A DNA stretch of 64,000 nt from Flavobacteriales bacterium (GTDB lineage Bacteria > Bacteroidota > Bacteroidia > CAIKAF01): NCBI GenBank assembly GCA_025055635.1, contig JANWWQ010000007.1, positions 1,711-65,710 of the forward strand, written 5' to 3'. The notes under the pieces were generated by a model, which searched no databases, had not been told where the DNA came from, and worked only from the letters and a program-made list of their open reading frames with translations. Below, one piece after another: positions 29,102 through 38,429 of the stretch. The position numbers and the translations under genes were made by a program. Position 1 is the first letter of the stretch, and each line of letters starts with the position of its first letter.

Positions 29102-30487
29102 TTAATTTGATTTCAAAAGCTGATAACTTTTGGTCCGGGTAAAGGCCCTTAGCCCATGATAAGAAAGGGTAAGTCCCAAGCCAGAGTGTCCCCGGCCACT
29201 CCAAGGTACGTAAGGACTGACTCGGTCGCACATATTGAAGTAGACCGTTCCTGTATTTAGTTTTTCCATAATGCGCCGAGCGCGATCCGGATTGGAAGAA
29301 TACACGGCGGCTGTTAGGCCGTAAGGCGTATCATTCATCAAGTTTATGGCCTCCTCATCATCCTTTACGCCCATTATACCAATGATGGGTCCAAAGCTTT
29401 CTTCCTTCATCACTTCCATTTGGTGGCTACAATCAGCCAAAACGGTGGGCTCAAACCAGTTACCCTCCCTAGGAATTCGTTTTCCTCCTAAAAGAAGCCT
29501 AGCGCCTTTAGAGAGGGCATCCGCAACCTGCCTTTCCAGTATATCCAGTTGAGCCGCCCGAGTCAGAGGACCTATGTAAGTGGATTCATTCCTCGGATCT
29601 CCCAGAATAAAACCCTTCACTTCTTGTACGAAATGTTTCAAAAAATCCGTATAAACTTCAGTATGGACATAGATACGCTCCACGGCACAACAGCTTTGCC
29701 CATTATTGTAGAAGGCGCCATCGGCCAATGCGGCAGCCACCTTTCTGAGATCCTTTACGTCGTTGGCAACATAAGCCGGATCTTTACCACCCAGTTCCAG
29801 CTGAATAGGCACTGTTCGCTTTCGGCATTGCTCTAAAATTTTCATCCCAGTAGCATGGGATCCAGTGAAGAAGTAACCATCCGCGGGAATGCGTTCAGTT
29901 AAGTAGGCACCAGTTTGGCCGTTTCCGATAATAGTAGTAAAAACATGCGGGGGTAAACCCGCCGAACGGAATAAATCCTGAAATTCTAGGCCCGTATGAG
30001 GAGTGTATTCACTCGGTTTGTACAACACCACGTTGCCTGCGAGTAAGGCCGGAATGAATACATTGTATCCAATATTATAGGGATAATTCCATGCTGAAAT
30101 ATTCACTATGAGACCCAAAGGTTCATAGGCAATTTCCTCGCGGACTTTTTCATCCTCATAAGCCACTTCAGGCGCCAGATATCGATCGGCAATATCCAGG
30201 AAAAAGCGGATTCGGCGGTCGGCCTGGCGAATTTCCCGGCGGGATTGCGTGATAGGTTTGCCTGTTTCTTTCGTGAGGAGTTGGGCAAGATGTTCCAGAT
30301 TTTCTTGCACGAGCTCCCCAAAACGGGCTACAATCTGCTTTCGGAAAGCAAGGGGTGTAACAGACCAATCCTGAAAAGCCTCCCGGGCTTTAGCAGCCAT
30401 TATTTCTATTTCCACAGCAGAGGGAATTTTTAGCGTATCCCACACCTGGCCTGTGGCGGGATTTATACATTCAATATAGCGCTCCAT
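29102..30487 (-). CDS. NAD(P)-dependent aldehyde dehydrogenase
   Basis: The ALDH fold includes the ELGGKDP glutamate motif and a catalytic Cys region (GQSCCAVER). I prefer the start at the ATG at 30487 (MERYIE) over the TTG at 30502. Confidence 0.85.
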   Translation of the reverse strand: MERYIECINPATGQVWDTLKIPSAVEIEIMAAKAREAFQDWSVTPLAFRKQIVARFGELVQENLEHLAQLLTKETGKPITQSRREIRQADRRIRFFLDIADRYLAPEVAYEDEKVREEIAYEPLGLIVNISAWNYPYNIGYNVFIPALLAGNVVLYKPSEYTPHTGLEFQDLFRSAGLPPHVFTTIIGNGQTGAYLTERIPADGYFFTGSHATGMKILEQCRKRTVPIQLELGGKDPAYVANDVKDLRKVAAALADGAFYNNGQSCCAVERIYVHTEVYTDFLKHFVQEVKGFILGDPRNESTYIGPLTRAAQLDILERQVADALSKGARLLLGGKRIPREGNWFEPTVLADCSHQMEVMKEESFGPIIGIMGVKDDEEAINLMNDTPYGLTAAVYSSNPDRARRIMEKLNTGTVYFNMCDRVSPYVPWSGRGHSGLGLTLSYHGLRAFTRTKSYQLLKSN

Positions 30488-30539
30488 GTGGTGAAGCTGC
30501 AAAGTAAATCAGGTAGCTTTGTTGCGTAAAGGTTTTTCC

Positions 30540-32348
30540 ATGATAAAAAGACGAAAAACTTTTTGGCAGGTGGTAAGGGAGACTCCCTGGTGGCAGAAGG
30601 GACTTGCCGGTTTTCTTTCTTTAGCTGCGGTGGGATATTCCTTTTGGTTGATTGATATTCAGCGAAGGCCTTCACAGGGATATGATGAAGAAATGTGGAC
30701 GGGGGCTTCTATCTCCACCTACCACATGCTGTTTCGGGGATACGTGCGACCCACAGTGAAGCTGGATAATTGGTTTCCCACTTACGCTTATAAAAATGGA
30801 GTGGACGTATTTGCCGATAAGCTTGGTGAAACACGTGTAGCAGGCCGGAATTACCCTTACAATCGCTTGGCCTACTTTGATCCAGATACGCTACGCTTTC
30901 CCTGGGATCACATTCAATGGGATACCCTGGGTCAGCCGATGTCCTTTGCGGTGAAGTACGATACCGTGAAGTTTCCCCGTAAGCGCTTTCAATGGTTTGA
31001 CAATGCCCTTTGGACGTTTGGGTGGAAAGCTCCCAATGTGGGAAAGGCTATCATGGGTTTCTTCATTCAAACACTGTCCAAAGAGAAACCTGATCCCTTT
31101 GGGTATTTTGAGTACCATGATCCCGAGGGAAACCCCACAAGCGTGACGTTTAATTATGTTCCCCATCAATACTTAGCCATTGCCCGGATACCAAATGCCC
31201 TGTTTACGGCTGGAACGGTTGTTTTGGTGATGGTGTTGGGATGGCGCTGGTTAAACTTTTGGTGTGGATGGTTAGCAGGTCTATACCTGCTGCTCAATAC
31301 TTACTTTATGCAATCCTCAACGGCCGTGGGTCTTGATGGTTCATCCATCTTCTTTATGGTGGCGGCCTTGGGATGTCTGCAGGCGGCCTTCCAAGCCTTG
31401 GACTCCCCAGGATGGAAAAAATGGTTAGCCTGGTCTTGCGCCTCAGGAGTGTTATTTGGGCTAGGAGTAGGCTCTAAATTGAATGATGCCCTTTTTGCAT
31501 ACATTGCCATTGGACTGGCCATACTTCTTGGATTGGTCAGATTAGTCCGTTGGCATACCTATCGCGCCTCGCTCCTGCGCCTTTTGATTGCTGTGTTCCT
31601 CACTTTAGGGATAGGCGTAGGGGTCTTTTTAATTTTTAATCCCATTTACCGCAAACAGCCTTTAGCCATGATGCGCACCACACGGCAAAGTGTGGATGGA
31701 TATTTTGCACGTCGGGCAAAAGATCAACGCACCAAGTTTACTCCTATACGAGGTAAAGAATATATTTTGGGATATGCAGGGCCCGGTGAAAATTATCCTG
31801 TGACCGACACCATCCGTCAAGGAGAAAGTATTTCCTTGGCGGAAGGCACCAAATTTGGCTCTTGGCAAGTAGCCGTTCACAAGAAAAAACAGTCGTACGT
31901 GAACACCCGACTGCTTAGACCGTATATTGAAGTGGTCCAAGGTCAAAAGGAGGCGCAATATAGGTTGTTGGCCAAACGGAACTTGGTCGTTGTGGAACCT
32001 GACAGGTTTTATGCCACATTGGGGCACCTTCTGCCGTTTCCGGGCAATGCCGCTGACGGTATTTTGCTCTTATTGGGGTGGGCAGGACTTCTTATGAAAG
32101 GCTTGCGGGAACTTTGGCGCACACGTCAGATAGGACCCTATTTGTTACTGCCGTGGTCTTTTATGATCATTTTTATAGGTACGGCCGATTTTATTTGGAT
32201 TGACTTCAGCCGTTACCACATTGTGCTGTATCCTACCATGGCTCTGTGCGTGGCACAAGGACTGATATACCTGTATGAGCGGCTGGCTCACTGGCGCCGG
32301 AAGGCGGGCCAGCCAAACAAAGGGAGGCCCTACAGGAAAAATCCATGA
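30540..32348 (+). CDS. hypothetical polytopic membrane protein
   Basis: About 600 aa with an N-terminal TM, a roughly 170-aa extracytoplasmic region and two clusters of TM helices. The stop overlaps the start of the downstream methyltransferase (ATGA). The ATG at 30540 is preferred over the TTG at 30519. Confidence 0.55.
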   Translation: MIKRRKTFWQVVRETPWWQKGLAGFLSLAAVGYSFWLIDIQRRPSQGYDEEMWTGASISTYHMLFRGYVRPTVKLDNWFPTYAYKNGVDVFADKLGETRVAGRNYPYNRLAYFDPDTLRFPWDHIQWDTLGQPMSFAVKYDTVKFPRKRFQWFDNALWTFGWKAPNVGKAIMGFFIQTLSKEKPDPFGYFEYHDPEGNPTSVTFNYVPHQYLAIARIPNALFTAGTVVLVMVLGWRWLNFWCGWLAGLYLLLNTYFMQSSTAVGLDGSSIFFMVAALGCLQAAFQALDSPGWKKWLAWSCASGVLFGLGVGSKLNDALFAYIAIGLAILLGLVRLVRWHTYRASLLRLLIAVFLTLGIGVGVFLIFNPIYRKQPLAMMRTTRQSVDGYFARRAKDQRTKFTPIRGKEYILGYAGPGENYPVTDTIRQGESISLAEGTKFGSWQVAVHKKKQSYVNTRLLRPYIEVVQGQKEAQYRLLAKRNLVVVEPDRFYATLGHLLPFPGNAADGILLLLGWAGLLMKGLRELWRTRQIGPYLLLPWSFMIIFIGTADFIWIDFSRYHIVLYPTMALCVAQGLIYLYERLAHWRRKAGQPNKGRPYRKNP

Positions 32349-33301
32349 GATTTCCGGAGACGCTGGAAGGTAAGCCTTGTAAGGTCTGCGGCGCTGAAGG
32401 ACCCGAAAATTTTGTCCTGGTTTATCAGCTGGAGACCTGTGAAGTGACGCGGTGCCGCTGTTGCGGATTTGCCTTTGTACCGCCAGCCTGGCGACATGCA
32501 ATCTCCTACACCTCCTACAAATCTGAAGCGGTGGCTGCTGAAGTTCGTCGGGGTAATAACCTCTTGAAGTTGGAAAGACACAAGCTGCGCCTACGGTTTA
32601 TTCGCCGCTTTAAGCTGTCAGGTCGTCTTTTGGACGTGGGTTCGGGCTGGGGGCACTTTTTGCTGGCGGCCCGGCAGGCTGGCTATGACGTGCTAGGTAT
32701 AGAGCTGGATGAACAGCCGTGGTTGTATTCCGTAAAAGATTTAGGCCTACCAGTGCTGCATGAGGACTTCTATAGCTTTGATTCTCAAGAACGATTTGAT
32801 GTCATTACACTTTGGGATGTGTTGGAGCACGTTGATGACCCGCGATCATTCCTGAACAATTGTGCGCGGCTTCAAAATCCAGGCGGCGTGCTGGTGATTC
32901 AGGTGCCCCAAATCAACAGTCTGGTGGCACGGATGATGGGAAAAAATTGGAAGATGCTGGGCCTGGACCATGTGAACTACTTTTCGCCCACGACGTTGGC
33001 GCGATTATTGGGCCAATGTGGCTATGAAATAGTGGCCATAAAGCCGTCCTTGGAACTAAAACTTTTGTTGATGTATACGGTGTACCCATTATGGATGCGA
33101 TGGAAACAAAAGAGAGTAAAAAAAGAAATCCCTGCAATAGATAATGCCGGACGACAGGCTTTTTTTAACAGGCTCACCCAGCGGCCGGCCTGGCAACTGA
33201 GGTGTCTGATAGCCATGCATCACGCCCTCTATGAAGCACTTTCTTTTTTGAGAATTGGGGAAGAAATGATGGTAGCGGCTCGGAGGATCGGCCAAGTGTG
33301 A
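32345..33301 (+). CDS. class I SAM-dependent methyltransferase with an N-terminal Cys4 zinc ribbon
   Basis: An N-terminal CKVCG...CRCCG zinc ribbon is followed by a Rossmann SAM motif LLDVGSGWGHF and an acidic loop DVITLWDVLEH. Confidence 0.75.
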   Translation: MRFPETLEGKPCKVCGAEGPENFVLVYQLETCEVTRCRCCGFAFVPPAWRHAISYTSYKSEAVAAEVRRGNNLLKLERHKLRLRFIRRFKLSGRLLDVGSGWGHFLLAARQAGYDVLGIELDEQPWLYSVKDLGLPVLHEDFYSFDSQERFDVITLWDVLEHVDDPRSFLNNCARLQNPGGVLVIQVPQINSLVARMMGKNWKMLGLDHVNYFSPTTLARLLGQCGYEIVAIKPSLELKLLLMYTVYPLWMRWKQKRVKKEIPAIDNAGRQAFFNRLTQRPAWQLRCLIAMHHALYEALSFLRIGEEMMVAARRIGQV

Positions 33302-33579
33302 AGGCCGAATGGCTCAGAAAGGTCTGGCAATGATAACAAGCCTTGAATGGGTGAGCCGCATAGCGGCGACAGGGCGCTTGCGTGCAGGATGGGGAGGGCA
33401 GCCGAAGGCCAGCACTGCCTTGGTCGCAGCTCTTGAAGCTGCGGCCAAGGATCGCCGGAGCGCACGCGGAGCCCGCAGCAGTCTGAGCTCAGGGGCCAGC
33501 GGCAATCCCCGCCGACCGCCGCGGGGGCCTGCCTAGAAAAAATTAAAAAACTTTTGGCCCGGAATTTGCCCTTTTGTAA

Positions 33580-33945
33580 ATGAATAAACAATTCATCATG
33601 AAAACTCTTGCATTTTTCCTTTTCGTATGGGCTACGCCAGCCTTTGTGGTAGCTCAAGGTGAAACACGGAAAGAATCCTCGCGGGCCGCGCAGCCAGTGA
33701 GTACCCAGCCAGCGCCCACAACGATTTCTCCGCAGAAGGCTACAACTCCGGTGGGTCCTGTGTTAGCGCCTTCCCAAACGGCACCCTCGCCGGCGACCTC
33801 TCCCCAGACGGGCCCTTCCAAGCCGAATGCGACAAACCCTTCTGCACGTCGGCCCGCTAGCTATCGGGTGAATAAGGCCACTCTCAAGGACGCCAAGCCC
33901 ATGCGTATTGACGCCGACGTGCGAACAGGAGAAAAATCCCGCTGA
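33580..33945 (+). CDS. hypothetical secreted Pro/Thr/Ser-rich protein
   Basis: A signal peptide (MKTLAFFLFVWATPAFVVAQG) is followed by a low-complexity region. The start may be at 33580 or 33598. Confidence 0.45.
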   Translation: MNKQFIMKTLAFFLFVWATPAFVVAQGETRKESSRAAQPVSTQPAPTTISPQKATTPVGPVLAPSQTAPSPATSPQTGPSKPNATNPSARRPASYRVNKATLKDAKPMRIDADVRTGEKSR

Positions 33946-33951
33946 GGGCAT

Positions 33952-34989
33952 TTACAAGGCTTCTTGGTTAAGGCGCTGCTGCCAAAGCCAAGCGCTGCGC
34001 ATCATATCATGCAGATTAAAGCGGGGTTTCCAGCCTAAAAGTCGTTCGGCCTTGGTGCTATCGGAATAGACAGCCGTGACATCTCCGACGCGTCTAGGAC
34101 CAATTTTATAGGGTAATTTCAGGTTATTGACCTCTTCAAATGCCCGGATGGCCTCTAGGACACTGACGCCGTGGCCTGTGCCCAGATTAAAAATTTCCAT
34201 GGTTTGAGGCCGGTAACGGTCGGCATATTCCAAGGCTTGAACGTGGGCTTCAGCGATGTCCATCACGTGGACGTAGTCGCGAATGCAGGTGCCGTCTCGT
34301 GTGGGGTAGTCCTTGCCGTGAATAGTGAGAAAGGGGCGTAGCCCAGCGGCTGTCTGACAAATAAGAGGCACCAGATTGTTGGGGGTGCCCAGGGGCCACT
34401 CACCGAGGCGCCCGTCCGGGTAAGCACCTACGGGATTAAAGTAACGGAGAGCCACAACTGGACCTGTGAAACCCAGTCGGCATAGACCATCCAGAAGGTC
34501 TTCACCAAGCTGTTTGGTTAGTCCATACACAGATTGGGCCGGTTGACGGGGCGTCTGCTCATAGACGGGTAAGTTGGTCACTTCGCCATAAACGGTACAG
34601 GATGAGGAAAATATGAAAAGCGGACGGGCTGTTCGGTAGACTTCTTCCAGGAACACCTGCATGTCGGCCAAGTTATTTTGAAGGTAGCGGTAGGGTTGTT
34701 CCATACTTTCGCCCACTGCTTTGAGCGCCGCAAAGTGGATGATCCCGACGGGTTCGAAACGGCGCATGAGGTGGGCCACCGTCTTTCGGTCGCCTACACT
34801 GGCTTCAATGATTTCAGGTCGGCGGCCGGTGATGGCTTCAATGAGGTCGTAGGTGCGCGGCCGACTGTTCAGGTAATTGTCCAGCGAAACGATGCGGTCA
34901 TACCCCTTTTGCATCAGGGCTACAATGGTATGGGAGCCGATGTAGCCAGCCCCGCCGGTTACTAGGATATATCCGTCCCGTAGATTCAT
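33952..34989 (-). CDS. galE: UDP-glucose 4-epimerase
   Basis: The NAD-binding motif VTGGAGYIGSH, the YxxxK region and a length of 345 aa fit GalE. Confidence 0.9.
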   Translation of the reverse strand: MNLRDGYILVTGGAGYIGSHTIVALMQKGYDRIVSLDNYLNSRPRTYDLIEAITGRRPEIIEASVGDRKTVAHLMRRFEPVGIIHFAALKAVGESMEQPYRYLQNNLADMQVFLEEVYRTARPLFIFSSSCTVYGEVTNLPVYEQTPRQPAQSVYGLTKQLGEDLLDGLCRLGFTGPVVALRYFNPVGAYPDGRLGEWPLGTPNNLVPLICQTAAGLRPFLTIHGKDYPTRDGTCIRDYVHVMDIAEAHVQALEYADRYRPQTMEIFNLGTGHGVSVLEAIRAFEEVNNLKLPYKIGPRRVGDVTAVYSDSTKAERLLGWKPRFNLHDMMRSAWLWQQRLNQEAL

Positions 34990-35028
34990 CGGCGGGCAAA
35001 AAAAGCAAAGAAAGCCCTATGGAATTAA

Positions 35029-37323
35029 TTACCCCATCCGTTCTACGGCTATTACGCCTGGCACATGACGGAGTTTTTCCATGAGGTCTTCCAGGTGTTG
35101 GGTATCGTGCACGAAGAGCATGATGCGCCCTTCGAAGAGGCCCTCGTTAGATTCAAAGTTGATGGATTTCATATTTACCTTGAGCTGATTGCTTATGATG
35201 CGGGTGATGCGGTTTACGATTCCCACATCATCAAAACCGCGGATGGTGATGCCGGCCTGGAATGCGATGTCCTCACTGCTGGTCCAGCGGGCTTTGACCA
35301 CGCGGTAGGCAAAATTGCTGAGCAGCGTATTGGCGTTGGGGCAGTTGGTTTTATGGATTTTAATTCCCTCGTTTACCGTCACGAATCCGAATACTTCATC
35401 TCCGGGGATGGGATTGCAGCAGGAAGCCAACTTATAATCAAGGTTGGTTACGTTATCTCCAATTATTAAGGAATCCTCAGATCTGTGAGTTTTTTTTAGG
35501 AGTTCCTGGAGCGTGGGAGCCGAAGGTGTGGTTTCCTTTTTTCCTTCCGAAGGGCTACGACGCAATTTTTTCCTGAAATAGTCGTACCAGCTGCGAGAGA
35601 GTTCCTCTTTGTAAAATCTCCGAATGTCGTTGTTGGTTATAACGTCGGTGGCTACCCGGACGTAAAAGTCTTGGATGTTGGGCACCTGAAAAAAGCGGAT
35701 AATTTTAGGCACATCTTTTTCGGAAAAGGTAAAACCGAGGTGGCGGAGTTTACGTTCAAACTGTTCACGGCCCTCCTCGGCCAGGCGACGTTTTTCTTCC
35801 CTGAGGGCTTGTTTTATTTTGTGACGGGCCTTGGAAGTCTTGACGATTTTTAACCAGTCTTCTTTAGGTTTTTGCTTGGAAGAGGTTATGATTTCCACTT
35901 GATCGCCACTTTGCAGGACGTAGCTAAGCGGCACCAAGCGGCCATTGACCTTAGCCCCCAGACAATGGTCACCAATATCCGAATGAATTTCATACGCAAA
36001 GTCCAGAGCGGTGCTTCCCGTGGGTAGGGCTTTTAACTCACCCTTGGGAGTAAACACAAAAATTTCTTCAGTCACTAAGTCCAGCTTAAAGCTCTCTACG
36101 AAGTCTACAGCATTCTGATCTCCCTGCTCCAGAACAGCGCGCACCTTCCGAAGCCATTCGTCAATGTTGGTTTCAATAGACGACTCTTTGTATTTCCAGT
36201 GGGCGGCATAACCGCGTTCAGCAATTTCATCCATACGCCGGGTACGAATTTGTACCTCCACCCATTTACCAGTGGGGCTCATTACAGTGATGTGAAGCGA
36301 CTCATACCCATTGGACTTCGGAAAGGAAATCCAGTCGCGCAATCGATCAGGCTTGGGTTGATAGAAGTCTGTAACGATACTGTAGACGCGCCAACAATCG
36401 GCTTTTTCATTCTGGGGCTCACTATCAATAATTATGCGGATGGCGAATATGTCGTAAATTTCCTCAAAGGGTACTCCCTTATTTTTGATTTTGTTGTAGA
36501 TGGAATAAATAGATTTGGTGCGGCCCTTAATTTCAAACTTAAAACCCTGCTCGGTGAGTTTCTTTTTGATGGGTTGAATAAATGAGTTAATAAAGCGATT
36601 GCGCACTTCCTCACTTTTTTTCAGCCGGCTCACGATGTCGTGGTAGATGTCAGGCTCCGTGTACTTGAGGGCCAAATCTTCCATTTCGGTTTTCATGCGG
36701 TACAATCCGAGCCGGTGGGCCAAGGGGGCATAGAGGAAGAGGGTCTCATTGGCGATTTTTAGTTGCTTTTCCCGCTTCATGTATTCCAGGGTACGCATGT
36801 TGTGCAGCCGGTCGGCCAGTTTAATTAAGATCACTCGTATATCGTTGGAAAGCGTGAGGAGGATCTTTCGGAAATTCTCGGCTTGTATGGACTCACTGGT
36901 ATCCACGAAGCCCTCAATTTTGGTGAGGCCATCAATAATTTGTCGTACCTCCCTCCCAAACATGCTTTCTATTTCGTCTAAGGTGAGATCTGAGTCTTCC
37001 ACTGTGTCGTGCAACAATGCACACACAACGGAGGTAACTCCCAGGTTAAGTTCTTTGGCACATATTTCGGCCACGGCAATGGGATGGAAAATGTAAGGTT
37101 CGCCCGATTTCCGGCGTACATCCTTATGGGCAGCCAAAGCGGTCTCAAAGGCCTTTTTAATGCGTTTACGATCTTCGGTACTTTTTATGGCGGGCTGCAC
37201 CGCCCGCAACAAGGCTCTGTAGCGTGCTAGAATCTCTTTGCGTTCTTTTTCCTCTGGGGTTGGAGCAGTCTTTTCCCTTGCGGTTTCTGGCTTGGAGGCA
37301 GGAGATTCAGTTTCTTGGTACAT
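35029..37323 (-). CDS. bifunctional (p)ppGpp synthetase/hydrolase (RelA/SpoT homolog)
   Basis: The HD hydrolase motif HDTVED, the synthetase domain, and TGS and ACT-like C-terminal regions are present. 764 aa. Confidence 0.9.
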   Translation of the reverse strand: MYQETESPASKPETAREKTAPTPEEKERKEILARYRALLRAVQPAIKSTEDRKRIKKAFETALAAHKDVRRKSGEPYIFHPIAVAEICAKELNLGVTSVVCALLHDTVEDSDLTLDEIESMFGREVRQIIDGLTKIEGFVDTSESIQAENFRKILLTLSNDIRVILIKLADRLHNMRTLEYMKREKQLKIANETLFLYAPLAHRLGLYRMKTEMEDLALKYTEPDIYHDIVSRLKKSEEVRNRFINSFIQPIKKKLTEQGFKFEIKGRTKSIYSIYNKIKNKGVPFEEIYDIFAIRIIIDSEPQNEKADCWRVYSIVTDFYQPKPDRLRDWISFPKSNGYESLHITVMSPTGKWVEVQIRTRRMDEIAERGYAAHWKYKESSIETNIDEWLRKVRAVLEQGDQNAVDFVESFKLDLVTEEIFVFTPKGELKALPTGSTALDFAYEIHSDIGDHCLGAKVNGRLVPLSYVLQSGDQVEIITSSKQKPKEDWLKIVKTSKARHKIKQALREEKRRLAEEGREQFERKLRHLGFTFSEKDVPKIIRFFQVPNIQDFYVRVATDVITNNDIRRFYKEELSRSWYDYFRKKLRRSPSEGKKETTPSAPTLQELLKKTHRSEDSLIIGDNVTNLDYKLASCCNPIPGDEVFGFVTVNEGIKIHKTNCPNANTLLSNFAYRVVKARWTSSEDIAFQAGITIRGFDDVGIVNRITRIISNQLKVNMKSINFESNEGLFEGRIMLFVHDTQHLEDLMEKLRHVPGVIAVERMG

Positions 37324-37343
37324 GGTGACTTCAAATATAATAA

Positions 37344-37351
37344 TAATTTTG
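37344..37351 (+). promoter_or_regulatory. candidate Bacteroidetes -7 promoter box (TAATTTTG)
   Basis: An exact TAnnTTTG match lies about 25 nt upstream of the ATG at 37377. Confidence 0.3.
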
Positions 37352-37376
37352 AGGCTGTTTTACAAACTGAGTGAAT

Positions 37377-38411
37377 ATGAAAAAGAACTTTATTCTTTTT
37401 TTAGTATTAGCAGAAGGGCTGTTTTCTCCTTTCACGAAGGCTCAAAATGATACCCTCTTGTACATGGATTTCAACAACGATCCCTCCCCCTATTTTTCCC
37501 CTGATTTTTATCCGCCGGGGAACCCCTATGACACAGCTTGGTACAACATTGATCTGGACATGCTCACTCCAGTCGGCCAAAACAACGGTGTGGGGCCGGC
37601 CTGGTTCTGGTCGCTGGCTTTTGCCGATGCCGATACCTTACAATTTGTGAATGTATTTGCTGCACGCTCGTGGTTTGAAGAAATTGGCCAAGCTAAAAAT
37701 TACCTCATTACCCCCGCCATTCCTATCGTGGATGCAAATGCCGTTCTTCACTGGCGCTCTGCACCCTATCAGACGCCCCGCTATTTGGATGGCTATAAGG
37801 TGCTAATTTCTTCTACAACCAATGACATTGAAGCCTTTACCGATACGGTGTTTGTAGCGGCGGAGATGACCCAACTGGCACCGCCCAACGACACCTCAGG
37901 TAACTTTGCTGCCTATCAATTCTCTTCGGGTTTTATCCATGGGCTTGACGGTCAGTACGTGGAAGACCAGGGGGATCCTATGCGCCTTCGTGGAATGCTG
38001 CGGCCCTTTAGTATCAGCTTAGCTCCCTATGCTGGCAAATTCATCTTCGTGGCTTTTTACCACGACTCCTACGATGATAATTTTATCAGTGTGGACGAAA
38101 TTCTTGTAACAGGCACCTATGATCCTAATTTTGGCCTCAATAAAACTGACATCCCCCATCTTCAAGTGAAGCTCTTCCCCAACCCCGTGCACCATTTGTT
38201 TTCTTTAGACCTTTCAGCCGATAAAGCCCTGGATGGACTGGAATTGGAAATCGTAGATATTACCGGGAAAACACTTCACAGTGAGGACCTTGGAAAAGTG
38301 CAGGGAGCCTTACGCAAGCAAATTTCTGCAGCGCATTTAAGTACCGGGTTGTATGCCTTGCGCATTAAGTACCAAGGCCACAGCACCACGCTGAAGTTTC
38401 AGAAGCTCTGA
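37377..38411 (+). CDS. secreted protein with a T9SS type A C-terminal sorting domain
   Basis: A signal peptide is present. The C-terminal roughly 80 aa (KLFPNPVHHLFSLDL...GLYALRIKYQGHSTTLKFQKL) match the Por/T9SS C-terminal domain pattern. Confidence 0.75.
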   Translation: MKKNFILFLVLAEGLFSPFTKAQNDTLLYMDFNNDPSPYFSPDFYPPGNPYDTAWYNIDLDMLTPVGQNNGVGPAWFWSLAFADADTLQFVNVFAARSWFEEIGQAKNYLITPAIPIVDANAVLHWRSAPYQTPRYLDGYKVLISSTTNDIEAFTDTVFVAAEMTQLAPPNDTSGNFAAYQFSSGFIHGLDGQYVEDQGDPMRLRGMLRPFSISLAPYAGKFIFVAFYHDSYDDNFISVDEILVTGTYDPNFGLNKTDIPHLQVKLFPNPVHHLFSLDLSADKALDGLELEIVDITGKTLHSEDLGKVQGALRKQISAAHLSTGLYALRIKYQGHSTTLKFQKL

Positions 38412-38429
38412 GCATCCAGCAATCTCTCT

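Noticed and set aside
33229-33657. 142-aa minus and 75-aa plus ORFs within the GC-rich islet
   Set aside because: Long ORFs on both strands are expected by chance in about 70% GC DNA. Their Ala/Arg-rich translations look compositional rather than genuine.
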